Shown piece by piece: positions 1-14,007 of a stretch of DNA of 64,000 nt. The notes beneath the pieces were generated by a model. That model searched no databases. It was given only the letters and a program-made list of their open reading frames with translations, and had not been told where the DNA came from. Made by a program: the position numbers and the translations under genes. Every line of letters starts with the position of its first letter. Position 1 is the stretch's first letter. Source of the stretch: the human T2T-CHM13v2.0 reference genome, Homo sapiens; NCBI RefSeq assembly GCF_009914755.1, contig NC_060942.1; one strand, 5' to 3'.

Positions 1-1005
1 TCGTGGGCTTCAGGAGTGAAGCTGCAGACCTTCACAGTGAGTGTTACAGCTCATAAAGGCAGCCAGGACCCAATCAATGAACAGCAGCAAATATTATTGG
101 GAAGAACAAAAAGAACTAACCGTCCACACCACACAAACCCACCGCAGCCGGTTGCGACACACAGCTGGGGCAGCCTGCTTTTATTCCCTCATCTGACACC
201 ACCCACATCCTGCTGATTGGTCCATTTTACAGAGAGCTGATTGGCCCATTTTACAGAGAGCTGATTGGTCCGTTTTGACAGGGTGCCGATTGGTGCATTT
301 ACAAACCTTGAGCTAGACCCAGAGTGCTGATTGGTGCATTTACAATCCTTTAGCGAGACATAAATGTTCTCCAAGTCCCCACCTCACTCAGAAGCCTACC
401 TGGCTTCACCTAGTGAATCCTGCGTGACAGTCCTGCACCTGCACTCTTCAGTCCTTGGGCAATGGATGGCACCTGGCGCCCTCGGAGCAGGGGGCGGCGC
501 CTGTTGGGAAGGCTTGGGCTGCAGGGGAGCCCACCGCAGGGAGGGTGGCTCGGGCATGGTGGGCTGCAGGTCCCCAGCCGTGTCCCACGGGGAGGTGGTT
601 GAGGCCCGGCGAGAATTCGAGTGTGGCAAGCGTGGTGCAGACCGGCCAGCAGCGTTGGTGGATCCGACGCACCCTTTGCAGCTGCTGGCCCGGGTGCTAA
701 GCCCCTCATTGTCCGGGCTGGGCAGCGCCAGCCGGCCTCTCCGAGTGCGGGGTCCACCAAGCCCGCGCCCATCCAGAACTCGTGCTGGCTCGGAAACGCT
801 GTGCGCAGTCATGGTTCTCTCCGGCGCCTCTCCCTCCGCACCTGCCTGCAAGCAGAGGGAGCCGGCTCCGGCCTCGTCCAGTCCCAGAGGGGTCCCACAG
901 GCAGCGGCAGGCTGAAGGACTCCTCAAACTCCGCCAAAGCAGACGCCGCGAGGCCAAGGAAGCGCTGAGAGCCAGCGAGGGCTGCTAGCATGTTGTCACC
1001 TCTCA
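1..1005 (-). mobile_element. ERV9 LTR, LTR12 family (C/D/E-like), cut off by the left window edge
   Basis: The reverse complement begins TGAGAGGTGACAACATGCTAGCAG at 1005, the LTR12 5' end. It has a CpG/GC-rich U3 (420-1000), tandem GCTGATTGG repeats, the GGGAATAAAAGCAGGCTG core and U5 repeats (GAGTGAAGCTGCAGACCTTC). Confidence 0.93.
150..340 (-). promoter_or_regulatory. LTR12 promoter: five CCAAT (NF-Y) boxes and an AATAAAA TATA-like element, directed leftward
   Basis: ATTGG occurs at 216, 240, 264, 289 and 330, and TTTTATT at 179-185. This is the known ERV9 LTR promoter layout; activity is not shown. Confidence 0.6.
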
Positions 1006-3863
1006 CCAATATTAACCTTAAATGAAAATAGTCTAAATGCTCCTACTTAAAAGGTGCAGGGTGGCAAGTTGGACCAAGAAAACACACAACTGTCTGCTGT
1101 CTTCTAGAGACCCATTCCACATATAACGATACCTATAGGCTCAAAAGTTAAGAGCTGGAGAAAAATCTATTATGCAGATGGGTAACAAAAAAGAGCAGGG
1201 ATTACAATTCCTATATCAAATAAAACACAAATGAAACCAACAACAATAAATAGGTACAAAAAAAGGCACAAAGAGTTCAATTCAATGAGAACACTTAACT
1301 ACCCTAAATATATATGCACCCAATATTGGAGCACTCACATTCATTAAACAAGTATTTCTAGACCTATGAAAAGACAAAGAAAGCCACACAGTAATAGTGG
1401 GAGACTTCAGCACCCCAGTGACGATTTTAAACAGATCGTTTAGGCAGAAAACTAACAAATCTGGAATTAAATTAGACACATGAGCAACTGGGCCTAATAC
1501 GCATCTATAGAATATCAAACACAACATATAATCATATTTATATATTTTATATATATATTTTATATATATATATAGAGAGATGCCTCTCAGCTGCACATAG
1601 AACATACTCTAAGATCAACCACATGCTTGGCCATGAAGCAAGTCTCAATAAATTTTAAAAAGTCAAAATCATACCCACCATAATCTCATACCTGGGGTGG
1701 CATAAAAATAGAAATCAATACCAATAAGAACTCTCAAAACCACACAATCATATGGAAATTAAACAACTTGTTCATGAATAACTTTTGGATAAACAATGAA
1801 ATGAAGGCAGAAGTAAAAAATTATTTGAAACAAATGAAAACAGAGACACAACATACCAAAATATCTGGGATGCAGCAAAAGTAGTTAAAGAGGAAAGTTT
1901 ACATCACTAAACGCCTACCTCAAAAAGTTAGAAAGATCTCAAATTAACGATCTAACATCATACCTAGAGGAATTTAAAAAACAAGAGCAAATTAACCCCA
2001 AGTCAAGTAGAAGAAAATAAATAACTAAAATCAGAGCAGAGCTGAATGAAATTGAGACCCAAAATTCCATACAAAAGATAAACAAAATCAAAAGTGTGTT
2101 TTTTGAAAGGACAAACAAGATAGATAAATGGCTAGCTAGACTTGCAAAGACAAGAGAGAAGATCCAAATGAGCACAATCAGAAATGAAAAAGATGACATT
2201 ACAACCAAACCCAAAGAAATACAAAAGATCCTAAGTGGCTATTATGAACACCTCTAAGCACACAAATCAGAAAATCTAAAGGAAATGAATAAATTCATGG
2301 AAATACACAACCCCCCAAGATTGAATCTGGAAGAAATGAAACCCTGAACAGACGAATAGAGAGTTCCAAAATTGAATCTGTAATCAAAAATATACCAACC
2401 AATAAATAAAAATCTGGACCAAAAGGATTCTGCCACTCGTACAAAAAAGAGCTGGTACCAATTCTACTGAAACTACTCCAAAAAAATTGAGTAGGAACAC
2501 CTCTCTAATTCATTCTATGAAGCCAACGTCACCCTCATACCAAAGCCTGCCAAACACACAATAAAAAAAAGAAAACCGTAGGCCAATATCCCTGATGAAC
2601 ATAGATAAAAAAATCCTCAAGAAAATTCTAGCAAACCAAATCCAACAGCACAACAATTCACCATGATCAAGTAGGTTTCATTCCTGAGATGCAGGATTGG
2701 TTCAACTCACTTGAGGCAATAAATGTGATTCACCACGTAAACAGAATTAAAAACAAAAATCATACGATCATCTCAAGAGACACAGAAAAAGCTTTTGATA
2801 AAATCCAACATCTCTTCATGATAAAAACCCTCAAGGAACTACACATGAAAGGACCATATCTCAAAAATAATAAGAGCTATCTATAACAAACTCACAGTCA
2901 AGAACATAGTGAATGAGAAAAACAGAAAGCATTCCTCTTGAGAACTGATACAAGATGAGAATGCCCATTTTCACCACTCTTATTCAACAAAGTACTGTAA
3001 GTCATATCCAGAGCAACCAGGAAAGAAAAAGAAAAAAAAAAGGCATCCAAATAAGAAAATAAGGTGTGAAATTACCTCTATTCACTGACAATAGAATTCG
3101 ATACTTGGAAAACCCTAAAGACTCCATCAAAGTGCTTCTAGAACTAACAGATTACTTAAATAAAGCTTCAGGATACAAAATTCAACATACAAAACTCAAT
3201 AGCATGTCTATACATCAACAGTGTTCAAGCTGAGAGTCAAATCAAGAATGCAGTCCCATTTACAATAGCAACAAAAAATGAAATATCTAGGAATGCATCA
3301 AACAAAGGTTAACAATCTCTACAAGGAGAGCTATAAAATACTGCTAAAATAAATCATCAATGACACAAACACAAACATGGAAAAACATTCTATGCTCATG
3401 GATTGGAAGAATCAATATTGCTAAAATGCCCATACTGCCCAAAGCAATCTATGGATTGCTATCTACCAGTATTTCCATCAAACTACCAAATCATTTTTTC
3501 ACTGAACTAAAAACACTATTCTAAAATTCATATGAAAGCAAAAAACAGGCTAAATAGCCAAAGCAATGCTAAGCAAAAAGAACAAAGCCACATGCATCAC
3601 ATTACCGAACTTTACTACAAGGCCATAGTTATCAAAACAGCATGGTATTGGTACAAAAACAGGCATATAGACCAATAGAACAGAATAGAGAATCCAGCAA
3701 TAAAGCCACACATTCACAACTATCTCATCTTCAACAAAGTTTACAAAAATAAGCAATTGGAAAAGGACTTTCTATTCAATAAATGATGTTGGAATAACTG
3801 GTTATCTATAAGCAGAAGAATGAAATGGACCTCTACCTATCACCATATGCAAAAATTAAGTCA
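1006..3863 (+). mobile_element. L1 (L1PB-like) ORF2 remnant, EN through RT, lacking a 3' end
   Basis: Begins at the ORF2 N-terminus (ILTLN..LNAP) next to the LTR12. Fragments include [30 protein letters not shown]. There are many stops and frameshifts. Confidence 0.9.
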
Positions 3864-3899
3864 ATGATAAACAACAAGAAATAGAAAGAGGAAAGAAAA

Positions 3900-6800
3900 G
3901 AAAGAAAAGAAAAGAACCAGAAATCAATTAACAAAATGACAGGAATAAGTCCCCACATATCAATAATAGCCTTGAATGTAAATGGATTAAACTTTCCACT
4001 TAAAAGATATAGACTGTCTGGATTAAAAAGTGAACCAACTACATGCTGCCTACAAGAAACTCATCTCACCTGTAAAGTCACATACAGACCAAAAGTGAAA
4101 AAGTGGGAAAAGATATTTCATGCAATTGGAAACCAAAAGTGAGCAGGAATAGCTACAATTACATCAGATAAAACATACTTAAAGTAAAAAATAGTAGAAG
4201 GAGGCAAAGAAGTTATTATCATTATTATTCTAAACATATATACGTACAACTGTGGAGCACTCATACTTTTAAAGTAAATACTTTTAAACTTAAAGGAAGA
4301 GGTAGACTTCAATACAATAATAGTCCCCACTTCAACACCTCACTCTCAACATTAGACATCATCTAGAGAGAAAAATCAACAAATAAATATTGAATTTAAA
4401 CTGTACATTAGAACTAAATGGACCTTATGGACATTTGCAAAAATTTTATTGAACAGCTACAGAATACACACTTCTCTCCTCAGTACCTGGAACATTCTTC
4501 AAGATAGACCTTATGTTAAGACACAAAACAAAACAAAGTCTCAACAAATTTAAAAGAATCAAAGTCATATCAAGTATCTTCTCAGACAACAAGGGAATAA
4601 AACTAGCAGTTAGTAACAAGAGGAACTATGGAAACTGTACAAATACATGGAAATTAAAGAACATACTCCTGAATGAACATTGGGTCAAGAAAGGAATTAA
4701 AGAGAGAATAAAAAGTCTAAAAATAAATGAAAATCAAAATACAACATATGAAACCTTTGGAATACAACAAAATCAGCGCAAAGAGAGAATGTTAGAGCAA
4801 TAAGAGCCTACATTAAAAAAGTGGAAAGTTTTCAAATAAACAGCTTAATGATGCACCACAAGGAACTAGAAAAGCAAGAACAAACCAAACTCAAAATTAG
4901 CAGGAAAAAAAGCAATAATAAAATTGAGAGCAGAAGTAAGTGAAATAGATACTTTAAAAGTACAAAGGATCAACAAAGTGAGAAGTTCGTTTTTGAAAAG
5001 ATTTTTAAAAATGGATAAACCACTTGGTAGACTAACCAATAAAAACTGAGAGTAGGCTAAAACAGAAAAATCAGAAATGAAAAAGGAGACATTACAACTG
5101 ATGTCACAGAAATATAAAAGATCATCAGAAACTATTATGAACAACTATACAGTAACAAACTGAAAAACCTGGAGAAAATGAATAAATTTTGCAGTACATA
5201 CAATCTACCAAGATTGAATCACGAAAAAATAGAGAACCTGAAGAAACCAATAACAAATAATGTAATAGAAACAGTAATAAAAACTTTCCTGAGAAAGAAA
5301 AGTGCAGGACCAGATTGCATCATTGCCAAATTCTACCAAACTTTCAAAGAACAAATACCAAGTGTCCTCAAACTATTCCAAAAAGTTAAAGGGAAGGGGA
5401 CTTTCCATAACTCATTCTGCAAGGATGGAATTACTCACATACCAAAAACAGACAAGGATGCAAAAAAAATATGACAGGCCAGTAACTCTGATGAACGTAG
5501 ACACAAAAATCATCAACAAAAAACTAGCAAGCCAAACCCAAGAGCACATTAAAAAGATAATACATGATAATCAAGTGGGGTTTATTCCAGGCATGTAAGA
5601 TGGCTCAAGGTAACACAAATTAATATATGTGATACATCACATCAACAGAATGAAGGACAAGAAGCATATAATCATCTCAATAGACACAGGAGCATTTGAC
5701 AACATTCAACATCTGTTTATGATAAAAACTCTCAACAAAGTAGGCATATAAGAAATGAATCTCAACATAATAAAGGCCATATATGACAGACTCACAGCTA
5801 ACATCGTAGTGAATGGGTAAAAGTTGAAAGCAATCTCTCTAAGAACTGAAACAAGAAAAGGATCCGCACTCTTACCACTCTTATCCAACATGGTGCTTGC
5901 AGTCCTAGCCAGAACAGTCACGCAAGAGAAAGAAATAAAAGCCATTCAAACTGGAAAAGAAGAAGTCAAATTGTCCCTCTTTGCTGATGATAGAATCTTA
6001 TATCGACAAAAACCTAAAGGTTCCATCAAGAAACTCTTAAATCTGATAAATAAATTAAATAAAGTTGCAGGATACAAAATCAACATATAAAATCAGTAGC
6101 CTTTCTATACACCAATAATGAACTAGATAAGAAAGAAATCAAGAAGGCAACCCAATTTATAATAGCTATAAAAAATTACCTAGGAATAAATTTAATCAAG
6201 GAAGTGAAAAATCTCTATAAGGAAAACTGCAAAATACTGATGAAAGAAATTGAAGAGGACACAAACAAATGGAAAGACATCCCATGCTCAAGGATCATGA
6301 TAATTAATATTATTAAAATGTCCATACTTCCCAAAGCAATCTAAAAATTCAACACAATCTCTATCAAAATAATAATGACATTTTCACAGATTTTTTTTAA
6401 AGTCCTAAAATTTGTATGGAACCAAAATGCAGCCTGAATAGCTGAAGAAATCCTGAGAATAAAGAATAAAGCTGGAGGCATCACATTACCTGACCTCAAA
6501 ATATAGTAGAAGGCTATAGTAACTAAAACAGCTTGGCATTAGTATAAAAATAGACATATAGACCAATGGAACAGAGAATCCAGAAATAAATCCATGTATT
6601 TATAGCCAACTGCTTTTCAATATAGGTGCCAAGAACACAGATTGGGGAAAGGACACTGTCTTTAATAAATGGTGCTAGGAAAATTTGATATCCATATGCA
6701 GAAGAATGAAGCTGAACCTCTATCTCTGACCATGCATAAAAATCAACTCAAGATGAATTAAAGACTTAAATATAAGACCTGAAACTATAAAACTACTAGG

Positions 6801-8495
6801 GGAAAACACTTCAATATACTGGTCTAGGCAAATATTTTATAGCTAAGATTTTAAAAGGACAGACAACAAAAACAAAAATAGGCAAATGAAACCATATTAA
6901 ATAAAAACCTTCCACACAGCAAAGGCAACAATCAACAGAGTGAAGAGACAATCTGTAGAATGGGAGAAAATATTTGCAACCTGTTCATATGAGAAGAAAC
7001 TCATATCTAGAATATACCAAGAACTCAAACAACGTAAAATAATTAATAATAATAGTAATAATCCCATTAAACAGTAGGCAAAAGACATGAATAGACATTT
7101 CTCAAAAGAAGATACACAAATGGCTAACAGGTTTTTTTTTAAATGCTCAACATCATTAATCATCAGGAAAGGCAAATCAAAATTACAAAGAGATATCATC
7201 ATATCGCTCCTGTTAGAATGGCTATGATAAGACAAAAAATAAAAGAGGCTGGCATAGATGCAGAGAAAAGGGAACACATATACTGTTGGTGATAATGTAA
7301 ATTAGTGTAGCCACTATGGGAAATATGATAGGGACTTCTGAAAAAACTAAAAATAGAACTATCATATGATCCAGCAATCCCACTACTGGGTATTTATCCA
7401 AAGGAAAAGAAATCAGTGTATTAGAGATACCTGCACTTGCGTGCTTACTGTAGCGCTATTCACAGTAGCAAGATATGGACTCAACATAAGTGCCCATCAA
7501 AGGATGAATGGATAAAGAAAATGTGGTGTATATTGTGAACCCCAAATATCTGAAGCAGTTCTCAATTTAGGAAATGTATTGTGCCAAAGTGAAGGATGCT
7601 CACCCATGACACAGCCTCAGGAGGTCCTAATGACATGTGCCCAAGGTGGTCCAAGCACAGCTTGGTTTCATTCATTTTAGGGAGACGTGAGACATTAATC
7701 AATATGTGTAAGATGAACATTGGCTTAGTCTGGAAAAGTGGAACAACTCAAAGTGGGAAGGTGTCTTCCAGGTCATAGGTAGGCAAAGACAAATAATTGT
7801 ATTCTTTTGTGTTTCTGATCAGCCTTTCCAAAGGAGGCAATCATATAGGCATTTATCCCAGTGAGCAAAGGGATGACTTTGAATAGAATGGGAGGCAGGT
7901 TTGCCCTAAAGCAGTTCCCAGCTTGACTTTTCCCTTTAGCTTAGTGATTTTGGAGCCCCAAGATTTATTTTCCTTTCACAATATATACACAATGGAATAC
8001 CACTCAGCCACAAAAAGGAATGAAATCATGTCACTTGCAGCAACATGGATGTAACTGGAGGTCATTATGTTAAGTAAAATAACAAGGCACAAAAAAACAC
8101 ACATCACATGTTTTCACTCATATGTGGGAGCTAAAAAAGTTGATCTCACAGAGGTAGAGAGTGGAATGATAGATACCAGAAACCAGGGAGGGTGTATGGG
8201 TGGAAGGTGGGGATGAAGAGAGATTTGTTGATGGATACAAATGTACAGTTAGATAGGAAGAATAAGTTCTAATGTTCAATAGCAGAGTAGGGTAAATATA
8301 GTTAGCAACAATGCATTGTATATTTCAAAGTAGCTGGAAGACTTGAACTGTCCACAACACAAAGAAATGGTTAAGTGCTTAAGGTGATGATGGATACCCC
8401 AAGTGCCCTGACTTGAGCAATACACATTCTATGTGTGTAGCAAATACTGACATGTATCCCATAAATAAATGAAATATTATGTATCCATAAAAAAT
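3900..8495 (+). mobile_element. L1MA (L1MA2-4-like) ORF2 and 3'UTR, interrupted by MER4A
   Basis: ORF2 start MTGISPHISIIALNVNGLN at 3936 and RT motif SLFADD near 5980. An L1MA-type 3'UTR (tacagttagataggaagaataagttct) ends in an A-rich tract near 8495. Confidence 0.92.
7534..7980 (-). mobile_element. MER4A-like solo LTR (ERV1)
   Basis: The reverse complement starts TGTGAAAGGAAAATAAATCTTGGGGCTCCAAAATCACTAAGC. It has TG...CA ends and a 4-bp ATAT target duplication within the L1. Confidence 0.9.
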
Positions 8496-8529
8496 GAGGA
8501 GTAAAAATGATTAAATAAGTGACAATATC

Positions 8530-10450
8530 TTCTCCCTTCCCTCTTCTTTCATTTCCAATATATCTTTCAACTGGTCCGATGATCTTTCATGTCACACATG
8601 GGAAGATGTGACACATATTCATTTATTCATACAAGCCATTCCTTTAATCCTTCATTTCAACACATTTCCCCAATTTAGTAAGCAGGTGTTTTGATCGTCC
8701 ATGCTAGTTTTCTAATAATCCACTGCTCTGTGGATGGTATGATACATACATCTATTGTATGTGGCATTTTAGCCTATCATTGCACTGTATCCTCGGTGAA
8801 ACAGGGTCCTCGATATGAAGATACATCAGTAGAGGATCTAAATTGAAATAAAATTTATTTTTCTAATCATCTGATGATATTCAAAGTATTTGCTCCCATT
8901 ACTAAATCCAACTCTAAAATAGTGTTCAGCACATTCAAAACCCATCCCTATCCTTCTGGGGCCACAGGCAAAGGCCAGTGTAGTCCACTGCCTACCCGTA
9001 TCCTCTCAGTACATAAAATCCTTTAGTCTATAGTTAACCTATAGGAAAAAAATAATAAAAGTTAGTCTCATTTTGAGCCTGAGAGGTAGTCAGGGGGATC
9101 TGCCTTTCTTAAATTGCTTGACTGCCCCCATGACCACTAACCTCGTGTACATACTAGGCCACCTCCAGGGAGGACTAGAACATTGTTTTATTGCCTCCAA
9201 TGCCCTTCCAAAAGTGAAAGAAAGTTTTACTGTTGAGTATCAACATAACACACTTTGATTTTTTCTTTTTATATCTGTATTAAACTACTGCTGTGGAACA
9301 AATTATGCCCCCAAACAATGTAAGATAATAATACTTATTATCTCACATAATTTCTGAGGATAAGAAATTCAGTAGCAACTTAGTTGGGTGGTTGTGCCTT
9401 AGAAGCTTTCATGGAGTGGTGATCAAGCTGTCTGTTAGGGCTGCAGTCATCTGAAGGCTTGAGTGTGGTGGCTGGTAGATCTGCTTTTCATGTCACTTGA
9501 ATGGCTGTTTTTTCTCACCATGCTGGCCTTTAAATAAGGCCGCTTATCACACTTCAGCTGGCTTTTTCTGGAATGACTGACACAAGGGAGACCAAAGGAG
9601 TAAGTTATCTCTATTGGTCACATAGACCATCCTTAATATGACAAGGGAGGGAACCACACAAGGTTGTAAATACCAAGAGGTAGGAATTATTTGGGGCCAT
9701 GTTGGAAGCTGGCTTAGGAAGCCTAAAATGCTTTTCCATAACATTGTACCCCTTACTATGATTTCTTTTAATTTCTAGTCATCTAAGACCCATATTCCAG
9801 ATCATATCATCAATTTACTGGCTGTGGCCCAAGAGTCATTATCAATCCATACCTCACTTTTGTTAATATCACTTAGTTTTGTTAATATATTTATGAACAC
9901 CACTCTGAATTCTGTCCACTGAGTGAATGAATCTTTCCCTTCAATAATTGTCTAGCCATAAGCAGGTTACAATGCAGCCAACTTTGAGGTGACTGTGGGC
10001 CCTCCACATTTGAACTACATTCTGTAAGCTGTGCTACTTTTGGGGATCCTCCAAAAATACTCATTCAGATATGGATTTAAATAAGTCATCAGGGAGATTG
10101 ATGTAGGGCTCCTAGACATAGCTGCCACTTGCTTGTGCTTGCAATGGGTTCCTTCAGTGGATTCCCCTGTGACGTATTCTTGAATACACCATTTCTTTTT
10201 GATGCAGTCCCTTTGTGCAGTTAGCTCCCAATTGGAGTATTTGTCTTATATAACCCATTACATGCAGAGTATTCCAGGTTTCAAAATAATTTGTGTCATT
10301 TAGTAATAGATACAGTTTCCAACAGGGATCAATAAAAGGCTAATAGTGGTCTCTCAAAAAGAGTTTACCTGACAGCCATCTCAAGCAGTTTTCTAATTTA
10401 AAATATTGAGTGGTCATCACTGGTTGGCAATCAAGGGCTTCTGTCAAACA
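8530..10450 (-). pseudogene. Degraded class III (ERVL-like) retroviral pol: connection, RNase H and integrase; split by an MLT1 LTR
   Basis: Manual minus-strand translation gives ..KWCIQ, WTEFRVV, EVWIDNDSWATASKL..SGIW, GTMLWKSI, KIKVCYVD, VHEVSGHGG, AVDYTG and YHPQSSGLLEN in the correct pol order. Confidence 0.8.
9277..9715 (-). mobile_element. MLT1-family MaLR LTR
   Basis: Motifs attatctcacataatttctgagg, gggctgcagtcatctgaaggcttg and ggggccatgttggaagctggct are typical of MLT1 in reverse orientation. Confidence 0.75.
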
Positions 10451-10479
10451 TCCTGTCAGCATGGGTATTTGTTGTGGGC

Positions 10480-12150
10480 ACTTTTAATATCATTTCATTG
10501 AATTGTTTTTAGAGGTTGCTTTGGAAATTAAAACATGCATCTTTAATTTATCACAACCTACTTAAAGCTAAATTTTTAATTACTTTTGATGAAATGTTGA
10601 AACTTTTCAATAGAAATTCATACAAATTGAGGGGAAATATGTATATATACACACATATATACTCACATATTTGCCGTTTCTAATGCTTTTACTTCCTTGT
10701 TCAGGATTGAGTTACTATCAGGTGTTACTTTTCTTCATTCTGAAAGACTTTCTTTGTATACTTTAAGGTACAAATCCGCTAGCAGTAAAAAAAAATTTTT
10801 TTTTCTTTTCAGATGGAGTCTTGCTCTGTTGCCAGGCTGGAGTGCAGTGGCAGCTAGCAGTGAAATTCTTTGTTGTTCATCTGAAAACGGCTTAATTTAA
10901 TACTTCAATTTTGAAAGATAGTTTTGAAGGATATAAAATTATTGGTTACAGTTTTATTTTTCTTTCAGTCTCTTGTGACATTCCAACATCACCTGTCTTC
11001 CATTGTTTCTGTTGAAATGTTGTCCACCAATCTTATCATTGTTTATCTGTATACACTAAGTCATTTTTTGGCTGCTTTCATGACTTTTTCTTCATTTTTA
11101 CTTTTTTGGAAATTTGATTATGATGTGTAGTCTAGTTTCTTTGTATTCACCTTCTTCAAGATTGATCTCTTGGATCTGTTAAGTTAAAGGTGTTCAACAA
11201 GTTTAGGAATTTCAGCATTGTCAAGTGTTTTATCCTCCATTTTCTTTCTTCTCTCCCTCTAAAGTTCCAGTTTCATATATATTGGAGCTCTTTGTATTGT
11301 TCCACAAATCTCTGAGGTTTGTTCATTTTTCTTCAATTTTTGACATTGTTTTTACAAATTATATAATTTTTATTACCTACCTTCAAGGTCACTAATTTTT
11401 TATTCTTCCATCTAAAAGAGTTTTTTGTCTATCTAGGATGAAAATTCAAATTTCTAAGAAAATAAATCCAAATGAGTTCTCTAATGTCAAAATTTGTTTA
11501 CTTTTTTGTAGACTCATAACAAAGAAAATTAAAAGTCTTTCTCCCATTTTTTATTGGAAAATTATTTCTCAAAAGTAAATTGTTTCTTGTATGTTCTTAC
11601 AAAAATTTTTTTCAAATAACCTATCAAAAAATATAGTCTATACATATTTAAATGTACCCACATGAGTAACAGCTTCTTCAATCATCATTTATTATTTCAT
11701 CTGAGTCTTTTCTTCTTTATTAAATTTCTTTTTCTGGACTAAGTCCTTTAAATAGTTCTTTCAGTGAAGGTCTACAACTGGTTAATTATTTCCACTTTTT
11801 GTCTGAAAATGTCCTTATTTAATCCTTAGTCTTAAAATATTATTTTGATATATAGAATTATAGTTTGGAGTTATTTTCTCTGAAAACTTGGATTTCTATT
11901 TCTATCGTTTTCAAAAAGTCTTCTATCAGTCTGTTATTTCCTTTTAGGAATCTGTCTTCCTTTTGAGTCATTTTTAAGATTTTTCTTTATCTTTGCTATT
12001 CTCGCTTCAGTTTTATATTCCTAGATGAAATTTTAAAAATCATGCTTAAGTTTCAGGCTCCTGTATGGAAGAATTCATACCTTTGATTCTGGAAAAGTAC
12101 TGTACTTTTTATTAAGTATTGCCTTTCCACCCTTCTCTCTCTCTATGCAA
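10480..12150 (-). mobile_element. Old L1M (L1ME/L1MC-like) fragments
   Basis: T-rich, degenerate antisense L1 ORF1-region motifs (catctgaaaa..tttgaaagatagttttg, ttgattatgatgtg). Confidence 0.6.
10796..10852 (-). mobile_element. Severely 5'-truncated Alu (AluS-like) with TSD
   Basis: A T-tract plus agatggagtcttgctctgttgccaggctggagtgcagtggca, flanked by GCTAGCAGT at 10778 and 10853. Confidence 0.85.
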
Positions 12151-12156
12151 GACAAT

Positions 12157-12653
12157 TTTTTTACTTTATTTATTTATTTTTTTTTACTATTTTTCTTTTC
12201 TTTATTATACTTTAAGTTCTATGGTACATGTGCACAACATGCAGGTTTGTTACATATGTATACATGTGCCATGTTGGTGGGCTGCACCCATTAACTGGTC
12301 ATTTACATTAGGTGTATCTCCTAATGCTTTCCCTCCCCCCTTCCCTCTCCCCACAACAGGCCCCAGTGTGTAATGTTCCCCTTCCTGTGTCCAAGTGTTC
12401 TTGCTGTTCAATTCCCACCTATGAGTGAGAACATGTGGTGTTTGGTTTTTTTGTTCTTGCGATGGTTTGCTGAGAATGATGGTTTCCAGCTTCATCCATG
12501 TCCCTACAAAGGACATGAACTCATCCTTTTTTATGGCTGCATAGTATTCCATGGTGTATATGTGTCGCATTTTCTTAATCCAGTCTATCATTGTTGGACG
12601 TTTGGGTTGGTTCCAGGTCTTTGCTATTGTGAATAGTGCCGCAATAAACATAC
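12157..12653 (-). mobile_element. 5'-truncated L1PA (PA4/5-like) 3' end
   Basis: ORF2 C-terminus MFIAALFTIAKTWNQPK..WIKKM..YTMEYYAAIK, a primate 3'UTR and a T-rich tail. Confidence 0.93.
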
Positions 12654-13331
12654 TTCTATATGATTTATTCTGGACCTTCTTATTCTATTTTCCTTGTCTT
12701 TTTATCTCAGTTATATAATTATAATGTTTGGAAATCTTTTGCATTATTCTGGTAAATCTTCTTTGTTCCATAGTGTAATTCTCCACTGTCCTTTCAACTG
12801 TATGTATCAACTGAGTTTTAATCTCAAAAACTACATTTTTCATTTATGGATGTTCTGTTTCTATTAAATGTATTTCATACTTTTCATGAGCTTTCATTTA
12901 TCTCATGTTTTTCTTTATTCTTAACCACTTTTAACATCTTTATTTGATAGACATGATATGAAAGCCTCAAATATGAAGTATTCATTGTCAGCTAAAATTT
13001 GTTCATGGTAGATTATTTTCTCAATTATTCTATTATTTTGGCTTATAAGTATTTTCAGTGACACGTTACTTATAGGAATTTTCTTTGACTGGCTGGAGAT
13101 ACATACCTGTCAAACAGTTTTAATTTAGCTCCTTCCATGAACCCCAGAAGTATCATCTACCTATTTTTAAGATTTTTCATTCATTTTTATTCTTATTTTA
13201 TTATTTTCTTCTTGTTACTTACTTTGGCTTTGATTTGTTAATCTTTATCAACTTTCTTATGAAAGAAAATTAATTAGATCATTGACTTTACAACAATTTT
13301 CTTTTTTAATATAAGCATTTAAAACTGTTTA

Positions 13332-14007
<676 letters not shown>

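Noticed and set aside
211-350. Regularly spaced GCTGATTGG repeats resembling a CRISPR array
   Set aside because: The spacers are themselves repeated. These are the known LTR12 CCAAT repeats in primate DNA.
364-1009. Overlapping ORFs up to 183 aa on both strands
   Set aside because: They lie wholly within the GC-rich LTR12 U3, where stop codons are scarce, and show no recognisable domain.
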